Assembly: GCA_951406725.2 (NCBI GenBank)
Contig: OX597841.1
Coordinates: 18,724,001-18,788,000 of the forward strand
Reading direction: 5' to 3'
Source: Octopus vulgaris
Lineage: Eukaryota
Length of the DNA stretch: 64,000 nucleotides
A program made the translations under genes and the position numbers. Shown one piece after another: positions 13,217-28,479 of the stretch. The first letter of the stretch is position 1. Each line of letters opens with the position of its first letter. The notes below the pieces were generated by a model. That model did no database searches. It had not been told where the DNA came from and worked only from the letters and a program-made list of their open reading frames with translations.

Positions 13217-13700
13217 TCATCATCATCATCGTTTAACGTCCGTTTTCCATGCTAGCATGGGTTGGACGGTTCGACCGGGGTCTGGGAAGCCAGGAGGCTG
13301 CACCAGGCTCCAGTCTGATCAGGCAGTGTTTCTATGGCTGGATGCCCTTCTTAACGCCAACCACTCTGTGAGTGTAGTGGGTGCTTTTTATGTGCCACCG
13401 GCATGGGTATCACAACTACATTTTCCATTTGGCATTTATTTCGATGTTGATGTACTTGACTCAATAGGTCTCCTCAAGCACACCAGGTCACCCTACAATC
13501 CAAGGTTAGCACAGCAGGCCATCCTGTGAGCCATGAACTCACTTTATTTGTCGGGCCTTCGCAGTCACAGCATATCTCCAGAGATCTCGGTCTTTCGTCA
13601 TTGCATCTCTGAGGCTCAACGTTCGAAAGTCATACTTGACCACCTTATTCCATGTCTTCCTGGGTCTACCTCTACCCCGGATTCCTTCGTAAGGGCAAAC
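12420..13700 (-). mobile_element. RTE-clade LINE 3' fragments and related (GAT)n-tailed repeats
   Basis: RGRGRPRKTWNKVVKYDFRTLSLRDAMTKDRDLWRYAV is a typical RTE C-terminus. Recurrent catcatcatc-tttaacgtccg..ccatgctagc terminal sequence. Confidence 0.75.
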
Positions 13701-14071
13701 AAGGAATTTCCACCTTTCTCCCTTTAAGTCTATAAGATTTGCCAACCAGACTGATCTAAGGGTGATCACTCATCTTGTTTAAGGCTCAGTGAGTGTATAT
13801 TATTCTTTTGCTTACAAATTAACCAGCCGCAAGGGTTTTCTACCTCTAGTTTGAAGAGAGGTTATACACCCGAGGTCACTGGAATCTGGTGAGTTGTCTG
13901 TAACGCTAAGTGCTTCCTGGGGGTGAAACCATTGGTCACTCTGTGACTGGACATATATTCAACTTCATGGAAATACGTAACTGCTCTAACTTTTAGAGTA
14001 TGCTCCGTTTCTAAATATAGGATCCATTGATAATACATACATACATATATACATATATATATATGTATGTA

Positions 14072-14121
<50 letters not shown>

Positions 14122-14186
14122 TATATATACATGTATGTATCTATGTATATATATATATATATATACACACACACATACATACATAC

Positions 14187-14241
<55 letters not shown>

Positions 14242-14249
14242 CCAGTGTG

Positions 14250-14550
14250 CTGAAGCCCATAGTTTAGTGGTTAAGGTATCTGGCTCATGATGATAAGGTT
14301 GTGAGTTCAATTCCTGGTAGTGTGTTGTGTTTGAGCAAGACACTTTCCTTTTCTTTCAGGTGCACCAGTCCATTCACCTTGCATAAATGAGTTGTACCTG
14401 TTATTCAAAAGGGCCAACCTTATCACTGAATCTCTGCAAGGACTCGATTAAGGTTACACTTGTCTGTGGTGTACTCAGCCACTTCCATGTTAATTTCATG
14501 AGCAAGCTGTCCCGTTTATTGGATCAACTGGAACCCTCGTCCTCATAATT
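14250..14550 (+). mobile_element. Old copy of tRNA-derived SINE family C
   Basis: Degenerate box A/B. The 3' part resembles 33890-34070. Confidence 0.6.
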
Positions 14551-15131
14551 GAGCGTTAGTTTATTAAGTATTATATTGTTTTTAAATGCTTACAACCCTA
14601 GTATGTTGACACCTATAGGTAAAGAAAAATCAGATTCACTTTTGACCATAGGCTGAAACAGCTGTAAGAAGTAATTTCTGGATCTCATTAATTTATAATA
14701 TGACTTTTAAAATCTGTATTTGTATTATTATCTTATCTATTGATTTATATAATATTTTGTATGCTTTTGATGTTCCCATTTGTAAAATGAATAAATAATC
14801 CAACATTATAATATCTGTAAGTTGATGAACAAACTAAATTGTTTCTCCATTTTCTTATTTGTATTATAAATTTACGGCAAAAATATTTCCTTACCTTCAC
14901 CCGTTTAATACAATAAATGAATTAATTGCATTGCAATTAAAAACATTCATGTATTAAAAATTTGGGTACTTTACCAACAGTTTATTGCATAAATGATATC
15001 CCTTAGTGGGTTACCCCCATAACCCCTATCTTACTTTGTACTATATTACATATTATATATATGTGTGTGTTTGTGAGTGTATATAGAGCTCTCAATCTGC
15101 TATTTACCTCCTAATGTAGAATGCATTTCAG

Positions 15132-15545
15132 TAGGAGTGGCTGTGTGGTAAGTAGCTTGCTAACCAACCACATGGTTCCAGGTTCAGTCCCACTGCGTGG
15201 CACCTTGGGCAAGTGTCTTCTGCTATAGCCTCGGGTCAACCAAAGCCTTGTGAGAGGATTTGGTAGACGGAAACTGAAAGAAGCCTGTCGTATATATGTA
15301 TATGTATGTATATATGTGTATGTGTGTGTGTTTGTGTGTGTGTGTTTGTCCCCCTAGCATTGCTTGACAACCGATGCTGGTGTGTTTACGTCCCCGTCAC
15401 CTAGCGGTTTGGCAAAAGAGACTGATAGAATAAGTACTGGGTTTACAAAAGAATAAGTCCCGGGGTCGAGTTGCTTGACTAAAGGCGGTGCTCCAGCATG
15501 GCCGCAGTCAAATGACTGAAACAAGTAAAAGAGTAAAAGAGTTTA
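15132..15545 (+). mobile_element. SINE family A, full length
   Basis: tRNA-like head, tggcaccttgggcaagtgtc core and gtaaaagag tail. Confidence 0.88.
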
Positions 15546-16312
15546 TACAGATGTACATTAAACTGCTGCGTGTAGAGTGGGACTGTGCCTGCTTGAGATT
15601 CTACAGCACTGGGTGGAATGGTGTGGTGTTGTGTGTTTAAGGGGTGCCGTGGAGTGGCGTTGCGGCTTAATGTGGTGTAATGTGTTCTTTCAAGGCACCT
15701 TAAAGTTGGTTCTGATGTTTCATGTAACACAGAACTGTATTCAGTGGCGCCTGCTGGTGTATGCTGATAAAACTAAGCAATGGAAGGGAGATAACAACAT
15801 CTCCCATCGCCCACCGACACCAATTCCGGTTTACTCTGTTTTTTCTTTTGTTTTTGTTTTTTTGTTATTATTTTCCGCACCATTCACAAGTTTATCTACT
15901 TCTTGGCTTTCATTGATCGTTCAACACTCACGCACACACAGACAATCACGCATATGTGCACGCAGGTGCATATATATAATATACATATATATGTGTATGT
16001 GTGTGTGTGTGTGTATATACATATGTGATTATGTACACATGTATGCACTTGTTTATGTGTACATGTATGTATGTACTTATATATATGCATGTGTTATTAT
16101 GTCTGTGCGCATACACACACATATATATGTATATATTTGTGTGTGTATATATATGTGTGTGTGTGTATATGATTATGTATATATATATATATATATATAT
16201 ACATACTTGTTTGTATGTGTATAAACGCTTGTCACTGTATTTGTGTATTATATATATATGTTTATGTACATGTATGTGTGTGGTGTGCATGTATATATAT
16301 AAAACTATCTCA

Positions 16313-16370
<58 letters not shown>

Positions 16371-16417
16371 AATATATATATACACATATATATTTATACA
16401 CACACATATACATATAT

Positions 16418-16457
<40 letters not shown>

Positions 16458-17149
16458 AAATCCTTTACATGCTCTACAAACGTATGTGTCTCGCCCTCTG
16501 AAATTCACTGATAAGTTTTCTTTTTGTTGAAAAACAGAAAAGAACCACCACCACCACCACCACCACCACCACAACCACCGCAACACCCACCACCACCACC
16601 ACCACCACCACCCATGCAACACTTTCAGACAACTGCTGTAAAGATATTAAGAGCTCTCTATTAAACATTTCCTCCAACTACAACAATACAGAATAGAAAA
16701 CAAACCGGAAGTAACACCATTATCTCGGCTATTAAACCTTCTGGCTATTGAGCCGGCATGTGAGGTGTCTGTAGGTGGCAGTTGTAGGGAAATAGCAGCC
16801 AAACCTCCCTCAAACCACACCCTGTGGCCAAATGTATGCATCTGTTTATGCATAAGCCATTGAGAGAGATTTCTATATGGTAGCTAGACCTGGTAGAAGT
16901 AAAGGCTAAATATTCTTAAACCATATTCTACTGTTTTATCTTTGTGTGTGTGTATGTATACATACATACATACATACATACATGCATACATACATACAAG
17001 TACATGCATACATACATACATACATACATACATACATACATACATTCATACATACATACATACATACATAAAATTAACAGAATGAGATAAAAATCCAAGG
17101 CTGTGAAAGATTTCATATATATACATATATATATATATGTATGAGTATG

Positions 17150-17281
<132 letters not shown>

Positions 17282-17466
17282 TATAAATATATATATATGT
17301 ACAAATACATATATATATATGTCTATGTATATATATATATATGTCTATGTGTATATATATATATACATATATATATATACATATATATATATATACATAT
17401 ACATATATATATACATATATATACATATATATATATATAAATATACATATATATATATATATATGC

Positions 17467-17516
<50 letters not shown>

Positions 17517-17523
<7 letters not shown>

Positions 17524-17677
17524 TTATCGCCATACTAATATGGCATTCTTATAAAAATAAGAATAAAGCTGACCGCTTATTAGCTCCATGAGGCCATCGC
17601 CTTAAGTTAGCTAATAAGCGGTCAGCTTTATTCTTATTTTTATAAGAATGCCATATTAGTATGGCGATAACTAATAT
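17517..17677. repeat. Perfect inverted repeat with 69-bp arms and a 23-bp spacer
   Basis: 17517-17585 is the reverse complement of 17609-17677. Confidence 0.95.
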
Positions 17678-17979
17678 TTTCCGGGAACGCTGCCGTTGTT
17701 CTCTTTTAGAGAGACTTAGTAATTTTAATATTTCTATTATATATATATATTTATATGGATTGAGTGACAAGACGCTTGCTTCTTGATAACATGGTTCTGG
17801 GTTTGCTTGACAACCGATGTTGATGTGTTTACATCCCCATGACTTAGCAGTCCGTGAAAAGAGACCAATAGAATTATTACAAAGAATAAGACTTGGGGTT
17901 GCTTTCTTTGGCTAATACCCTTTAAGGCAGTGCTCCAGCATGCCCACAATGAAACAAATAAAAGAATATATATACATAT

Positions 17980-18142
<163 letters not shown>

Positions 18143-18185
18143 GAGAAAACATACTTAGAAGTGGATGTGTGCGTTCTATCATATA

Positions 18186-18626
18186 CTAACATATTAATAA
18201 ATAAAACATATGCATATATACATACATATATGTACGTACCTACATCTACATGTATATATACATACATATATGGATACAGGACACCAAAAAACGTTGAACA
18301 CAATGAGATACGAAAACATAAACACAAAACCAAGGAAATGGACATTTTTCTTGAACAACGAAAAAATAGAGTACAGGACATTACAGCACAAGGAACATTC
18401 CCCTCCTTCGGTTGCCTCTGTTTCATCTACTCCGTGTGTACTCTATTTTTTCGTTGTTTAAGAAAAATGTCCAATTCCTTGGTTTTGTGTTTATGTTTTC
18501 GTTTCTCATTGTGTTCGACGTTTTTTTGGTGTCCTGTACCCATATATGCATGTATATATACATGTAGAGGTAGGTACGTACATATAAGCATGTATATATG
18601 CATATGTTTTATTTATTAATATGTTA
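18186..18626. repeat. Imperfect inverted repeat (~190-bp arms) of a dispersed repeat family
   Basis: 18186-18375 versus 18437-18626. Related sequence at 39240-39480 and 51545-51700. Confidence 0.9.
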
Positions 18627-19073
18627 TATATATATATATCGTGTACATTTAAACACATGATGAATCTACTCGTGAAATTCAATGTGTTAGAGAGAACAGC
18701 TAGGTTCTATAACCACAAAAATTAGGGATAAAATTCGACAGGAACGAAATGAAAAAATAAAAACATTTTATTATCTAGTTTCCTGGACCAATTTGTTCCT
18801 GATTTTAGTTTAGCAAGTAAATAAATAATATTTGCTAACGAGGTGAAATCGTCCTCAACAGGTACACCTTGGGTTAAATATATAAACAACAAGGCACCCC
18901 TCAAGTCTGAGAATTCTTTATTCACTCCTGGAAGAATGCATTAATTATTTCAGCCTGGCTGTGTTTGTAGACAGTTGGAAAGAATTAAATGATCGCATTG
19001 TAGTTGCAGGTGCGCCCCCCCTTAGTCTTGTGGCAACCAATATTTCTAGACCTAGTCCACCACTGTGTGTGTT

Positions 19074-19140
<67 letters not shown>

Positions 19141-19144
<4 letters not shown>

Positions 19145-19636
19145 TCATCATCATCATCATCATTGTTTAATGTCCGCTGTCCATGCTAGCATGGGTTGGA
19201 CGATTTTGACTGAGGGCTGGCGAACCAGATGGCTGCACCAGGCTCCAATCTTGATCTGGCAGAGTTTCTACAGCTGGTTGCCCTTCCTAACGCCAACCAC
19301 TCCGAGAGTGTAGTGGGTGCTTTTTACGTGCCACCGGCACAGGGGCCAGTCAGATGGTACTGGCAATGACATGGCTCGACTCTTTTTACACATGCCACCG
19401 GCACAGGTGCCAGTAAGGCGACGTTGGTAACGATCACGCTGGAATGGTGCGCTTTTACGTGCCACCGGCACTGAAGCCAGTTGGCTGCTCTGGCAACGAT
19501 TACGCTCGGGTGGTGCTCTTGGCACCCTAATAGCATGGGCACAAGTGCCAGTAATGGCGACGCTGATACCAATCACACTCAAATGGTGTCTTTTATGTGC
19601 CACTGGTACGGAAGCCGGTTAGCCGCTCTGCCAACG

Positions 19637-19640
<4 letters not shown>
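19141..19640 (-). mobile_element. RTE-associated (GAT)n-tailed repeat with internal tandem units
   Basis: Same terminus as 12420 and 13218. Internal units gtgccaccggcac...gccagt. Confidence 0.7.
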
Positions 19641-19706
<66 letters not shown>

Positions 19707-19969
19707 GGAAAAAATAAGTTCAAAGAAGACCAATTCAAACTTTTTGAGATATCCAAAAAGAGAGAAAGAATCCTTTCTATTAAAGATTCATCATATTCAT
19801 AAAAGAAACACCCAGAACAATTAATAAGAATATGAAAATAACAATTGAAGAATATCGTCATAGGTATAAATATACCATGAACATTTATATAGGTATATTT
19901 ATACCTATAATGATATTTTTCTACTACATATACACATACACACACACACACATATATATATATACATAC

Positions 19970-20010
<41 letters not shown>

Positions 20011-20012
20011 TC

Positions 20013-20049
<37 letters not shown>

Positions 20050-20062
20050 GTAGAGATAGATA

Positions 20063-20420
20063 TCTCTCTATATATAAAACTGAGAATGTGTGTGTGTGTC
20101 AGTCTGTCTGTCTGTGTGTTTCCCTAAAACTTGAGAACTACACAACTAATTTCATTCAAATTTTACACATGCCTTACTTAGGGTTGGGGGAGTGTCATTT
20201 GTAAAAAAAATATTCAACTTCTTCCCTAGGGCGAGCCCATAGCAATATCATATCGTCTCCACTATTTCAGTATTACGTGTTAAAAGTGAAACAAAAACAT
20301 TTCTCTATTTTATGTCAGATGCTTTCACTTTAACAGTAAAAATAATAATAACAATTGAATTATATGTAGTAAGTAATAATTAAAATCAAACTAAAGTATA
20401 ATATAATCGTAACATAACAA
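20063..20420 (+). mobile_element. Helitron-like 5' end
   Basis: A|TC start, tatataaaa, (gtct)n and aatttcattcaaatttt, as at Helitron/DINE-like left ends. A similar end lies at 41963. Confidence 0.6.
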
Positions 20421-22087
20421 AAGTAAAAATAGCAATTGGTATAAAATTGCATCAATGACTTGAACTTGAATAAGTGGTTTCACATGAATGGGATTAAATT
20501 AAAAATAAAATTAGCGTGCAGAAATGGAATAGATCAGATAGAGCTGTGCTTTTACATTAGATTATCTGCTAATTAGCTAGCATTAAGTATCTATATGAAG
20601 TTTGGCTGTATGTAATAACTGTTTTCTCGAACAGCCGCTCCTATAGAATACTGCTGTTGGTTTATTTCTTATACATAAAGGACTAAAGCTTCAACTCCTT
20701 ACTGCTTTCTGGCTCATCGTAAGGTTTGTTGCTATTATTATTACTGTTTAACTATTGTTATCACGTTTGTTGGTTCCTCGTAAAGGAAACATTGTTGTGT
20801 TGCATTTGTTAAATAATTGTAAACTGTAATCCCCCCCCCCTTTGGGAGAAGGAGCTTTGGTTATTGTTTAAAAATTGAATTGTGTCCCTGTTTGGGGAAA
20901 TTGACAATAATTTCACCGTTTACACGGAAGCATTTTTGTTAGAATGCCATCGATAGAAGAAATTCCAAAAATGAATTTCGCTGCAGCCGTTGGCGGGCAT
21001 GAACTCATTAAAATTAAAATGGAAGAAATACGGATTGATCACCGACAAAAACGGTGAATCTAGGATAACACCACCAAACGAAATAAAAAATTAAATTAAA
21101 GAAAAGACTATTGTCTATAAAGTATACAATGTAGAGAAAACAGAAGATTTGAACACCTGGAGTAAAGCACCATTGAAAAGTGTCTTGGTGTGACTATGAA
21201 AGATATCAAGTATCTAACCAGAGGCGGTAAATTCGCCACAATAGAAGCAATGTTCGAGTCAACGAAGTGTGCAAGGGAGCACTTGACTCGAACCTTGCAA
21301 AGTGGAAATATTTTATTTTTACCTTTATATCTGGGACGTAGGACGTCCCGGATAAAAATCAAAAATATCCCCACTGAAGTAGAGGTAAGCTGGATTGTAG
21401 ACGTACCTCTATACAAGAGGGAAGACAAGATCCAATTGATCGAAATTGCAAGACACGGGCCTACAATTCCAATCTGTTATATATTTTGAGTATTGCTATC
21501 ACTAGCGATATCAAGATATAACTTTGTATTTTGTATTTTGTGTAGATATATATATATATATATATATATAGATGTACATGTAATATGTACACATATATAT
21601 ATACACATATATACATGCACTAGCACTATGACCCGGCAACGACGGGTCATAATGCTAGAAGATATATATAAATTGAATTAGAGATAAAACCACTATTAGG
21701 CAACTCAAACAGTGATAGACATAAACCAAAGCATAAAAACCAAAAAATAAATATAATATATTAGATATATAAAAAAGTTAAATATTATATTTAACTTTTT
21801 TATACTTTTTGGTTAGTTAAAAAAAAATTTTTAATTAAAAAATTTTAAAAAATTTTAAAATTTTAAAATTTAAAATTTTAATAATTTATATTTTAAATTT
21901 TATATTTTATATATATATATATTATATATTATATCAATTATATTTATTTTTTGTTTTTTATGTTTAATTTATATTTATACTGTGAAATTTGATTTAATCC
22001 TAAATCTAATCTCTCCCTGTAAGTTTGAATTTACTCCCTAATATTATTATTATTATTATTATTATTACATATATATATATATATATA

Positions 22088-22133
<46 letters not shown>

Positions 22134-22144
22134 TATATACATTT

Positions 22145-22179
<35 letters not shown>

Positions 22180-22189
22180 TATAGATATA

Positions 22190-23120
22190 CTAGCAGCATA
22201 GCCCGGCGTTGCCCGGGTATGTAAGAGCCCCTAGTAGGCAACGACTAATCCCAATCTACTCCTTTCCCTCTAGGGAACGAAGGCGCATGTGTAGGTTGCA
22301 ATGTCTTCTCTTCACTCGAATACTTCTGTGTATACGATGTTCCTGGCTGTCCCTTTGGGCGAAAACATGAAAACATCATTGCGCCTCCCAACGCGTGAAC
22401 AGCCCACGTAGAGTTGACCATGGGCGAAGCACTGTTCGCCCAAGCGTAACCCAGCGACTTGTAGCGTTTGGCCTTGGGATTTATTGATGGACATTGCGAA
22501 GTAGAGTTTAACAGGAAACTGAGAACGCCTGAAGTGGATTGGTAGGTCAGCGCCCGACGGTTGAAGGCGCATGTGTGGAATGAAGACGTCCTCTCCCTTC
22601 CCACAACCGGTAAGTATTGTGGCCGTTATTAAATGTGGTGCCAAATGTTTCACAACCAGACGTGTGCCGTTGCACTGTTTAGGTGGAACCAAATTCCTGA
22701 TGAGCATAATGGGCGCACCGACTTTTAACTTCAGAATGTGTGGCAGCAGGCCTGGCGGTTCAAGTGAATTCAGGAATTCAACAGGATAATCGGCAAGCTC
22801 GGCGGGGTCTGCTGTCCTATCAATAGATTTGTAGACGTGGACATCACCAGGAATAGCTTCAAGTAGCTGGATATTGATGGAGTTGAGAGATAAAAAGGTC
22901 GAGTTTTGTCCCCTAGACAGTCTGTGGTTTGTGTTTCTGATTCTCGACCCTATGTTGAATTTATCGATTTTTTTTATAACTGGGGTAACTTTTCAAAATT
23001 TTCGCTGAGTTAGTTTTGAATTATGACATTGGGCTATGTGCGTGTCAAGTTTCATCAGAATCGGTTGAAAGCCGTGGTCAGAGAGAGGGTACAACCTCAC
23101 AGACACACAGACAGACTAAC
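22190..23120 (-). mobile_element. Non-autonomous Helitron with a PIF1 helicase C-terminal fragment
   Basis: LKVGAPIMLIRNL..CNGTRL..QFPVKLYFAMSINKSQGQTL..CFAHGQLYVGCSRV..NIVYTEV. 3' hairpin cccgggcaacgccggg followed by CTAG|T. Confidence 0.92.
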
Positions 23121-23483
23121 TGGATAGGTTTTTAGTACAATCGTTTCATACAAGGACAGGTTTTATTAAAAGTTGCAAAAATTACAGCATATAAACGTGT
23201 CCCGTACTCATCAGCTAAAATACATGTGAGTTCTCTAGACATCCTATTGGTTGAGGCTATACTCATGAAGTAATGTAGATAATTAAGTAACATAAATTTG
23301 AAATCTGTTTATGTTACTTAATTATCTACATTACTTCATGAGTATAGCCTCAACCACTAGGATGTCTAGAGAACTCACATGTATTTTAGCTGATGAGTAC
23401 GGGACACGTTTATATGCTGTAATTTTTGCAACTTTTAATAAAACCTGTCCTTGTATGAAACGATTGTACTAAAAACCTATCCA
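23121..23483. repeat. Near-perfect palindrome (176-bp arms, 11-bp spacer) of a Penelope-type terminal repeat
   Basis: 23121-23296 versus 23308-23483, one mismatch seen. Confidence 0.95.
23384..23474 (+). ncRNA. Type-I hammerhead ribozyme motif (mirror copy at 23130-23220, minus strand)
   Basis: ttttag-CTGATGA-gtacgggaca...tgtccttgtat-GAAAC-gatt-GTA-ctaaaa. Confidence 0.8.
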
Positions 23484-23626
23484 TTCTTGTTGCTTCATTC
23501 TCGCTTATAATCACCCCACATTACTGTATTGTTAAATCAGTATAGTTTTTTTTGGTGCATCTAAGTTAGGTACCATATTCAAGTAAATTCATTTAAATTA
23601 ACTTGAATCTTTATTGCTTTTTGAAT

Positions 23627-23659
<33 letters not shown>

Positions 23660-23769
23660 AGGGAGAGAGAGAGAGAGAGAGAGAAAGAGGTGGGGGGAGG
23701 TGACCGCGTGTGTACCGTTGGCGATTTTTTCCCTCTGTCTTCCCTTCTCTGGATCTTTCCTTCTCCTAT

Positions 23770-23804
23770 GTTTCCGACGAAGAGCTCCGCTCGAAACGTT
23801 AAAC
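23770..23804 (+). ncRNA. Variant minimal hammerhead-like motif
   Basis: gttt-CCGACGA-a-gagc(tcc)gctc-GAAAC-GTT-aaac. Confidence 0.5.
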
Positions 23805-23906
23805 CCTCCTTCTTTCCTTCTTTCCTGAGCGTCCAACAATACTATATTTGTTCCACGTCCTCGCGTTGTTGTGTTTTTTTGTGCTTTCTTGTTTGGATTA
23901 ACTTTA

Positions 23907-23937
<31 letters not shown>

Positions 23938-23989
23938 TTTCTTGTTTCACCTCAGAGCTGCGGCCATGCTGATACCACCGTTTTGTGCT

Positions 23990-25747
<1,758 letters not shown>

Positions 25748-25939
25748 CTAGCCAATGCGAGAGAACTCAATATGGTAGCTAGAACTGGTAGAAAGAGCAA
25801 CCAAATCTCCCTCAAGTCACACCTTATTGCTTTACGTATGTATACATGTATGTATATACATACATAAAGCAAATAAGGGAGACCTTTACAAGGTAGCTAG
25901 ACCTGGTAGATATGGCAGCCAAATCTCCCTTAGATCATG

Positions 25940-26360
<421 letters not shown>

Positions 26361-26506
26361 ACAGAATATAAACAGACATATAGACATAGATCAACAGATT
26401 GGATAAACAGATACAAAGATAGAGAGATGGACAGAAGGAGGGACATACATACATTTATAATAGGAGACATAGAAATGGATAGCCGGAAACAAAGATAGAT
26501 TGATAG

Positions 26507-26565
<59 letters not shown>

Positions 26566-26897
26566 TAGAGAGAGCGAGCGAGCGAGAGAGGGGGAGGGAA
26601 AGGCGAGAAACAGACAGACAGAGAGACAGAAGGAGAGATAAACAAATCGATAGATTGATAGACAGACGGATAGATAGATGGATAGATCGATTGAGAGGAA
26701 GTGAGGAATAGGTGTGAATCTATGGCTGACGCTAGGTCCCTCCTCTCCCTGCTCTTATCGTGCACCTAATCTCTCCCTCACTTTCTCATTCTCTCAATCA
26801 ATGTCTCCCTATTTCTTCCACTACCCATCGACCTATCTATCTGTCTTTTACTTTTGGTGTGTGTCCGTCCATTCGTCCATCTGCGTTAGGATGCCTA

Positions 26898-26900
26898 CAC

Positions 26901-26932
<32 letters not shown>

Positions 26933-27903
26933 CAACAACACCAACACCAACACCACCACCCCAACCCCCAACCCTACCACCACCACCACCACCAGTACCA
27001 CCACCACCACCACCACCAACACCAACACCGCACCACCACCCACCACCACCAACACCAACACCACCACCACCACAACCACCACCACCACCACCACCAGTAC
27101 CACCACCACCACCAACACCACCACCACCACCAACACCAACACCGCTACCACCACCAACACCAACACCACCACCACCACCACCAACACCACCACCACCACC
27201 ACCACCACCACCACCACCACCACCACCACCACCACCACCACCACCACCACCACCACCAACACCACCACCACCAACACCACCACCACCACCACCACCACCA
27301 CCACCACCACCACCACAACACCACCAACACCAACACCACCACCACCACCACCAACACCACCAACACCAACACCAACACCACCACGACCAGCACCAACACT
27401 ACCACTACCACCGCCACCACCAACACCACCACCACCACCACTACCACCACCAACACCACCACCACCACCACCACTACCAGCGCCACCACCACCACCACCA
27501 CCACCACCACCACCACCACCACCCACCAACACCAACACCACCACCACCACCACCACCACCACCACCACCACCACCACCACCACCACCACCACCACCACCA
27601 CCACCACCACCACCAACACCACCACCAACACCAACACCAACACCACCACCACCACCACCACCACCACCACCACCACCACCACCAACACCACCACCACCAC
27701 CACCAACACCACCAACACCAACACCACCACCACCACCACCACCAACAACAACAACACCACCACACCACCACCAACACCAACACCAACACCAACACCACCA
27801 ACACCACCAACACCAACACCAACACCAACACCACCACCACCAACACTACCACTACCACCGCCACCACCACCACCACCACCACTACCACCACCAACACCAC
27901 CAC
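26898..27903. repeat. ~1 kb (CAC/CAA)n microsatellite
   Basis: Seen directly. Confidence 0.97.
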
Positions 27904-28059
27904 TGAACCCGTTCCCATACATATATCGTTATCTATGACGACAAAACTGCGGCTGCGCTGAGTGTGCGTGTGTGAGTAAGAAGAGAGAAAGAGAGGAAAA
28001 GAGACAGAGACCGAGAAAGAGCGAGAGAGAGAGAGCGAGAGAGAGAGGGGGGAGAGTGA

Positions 28060-28260
28060 GTGAATGTTTGGAAGATACGCCAATAACACTTGATAACCAC
28101 AACAGTCCCTGTGGGATATCAGTCACTGCTGACGTCATCACAAGCTGATATTAAATACACCCATGACGTATGTGATACGAAAGCTGTTTGTGGCCAATGA
28201 AAAAGCAGCTATGAAATATGACGCTTGGGAGCTAAAAATATCACACCTTGTGGATAGAGA
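28060..28260. promoter_or_regulatory. Candidate promoter/enhancer island with a CRE and CCAAT boxes
   Basis: TGACGTCA at 28130-28137, two further TGACG half-sites, GCCAAT at ~28079 and ~28193. Confidence 0.35.
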
Positions 28261-28341
28261 CAAAGTGGTGATGACGGGGCATTGTAGGGGGTAATACGAT
28301 GCGTCGTGGGGGGGAGGTGGTATTACACAACATTCTGCAGT

Positions 28342-28374
<33 letters not shown>

Positions 28375-28479
28375 TGCTGCACGCGTGCGGGGAAAAGGAT
28401 TGTAGTGTACTATTGTATATCCCACCCAGTGCACTAGAAAATGTGTGTGTGTGGGGGTGACTGTCAGGCGGATGGCGGG

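Noticed and set aside
21660-22060. AT-rich imperfect fold-back
   Set aside because: Too low in complexity to distinguish from chance.
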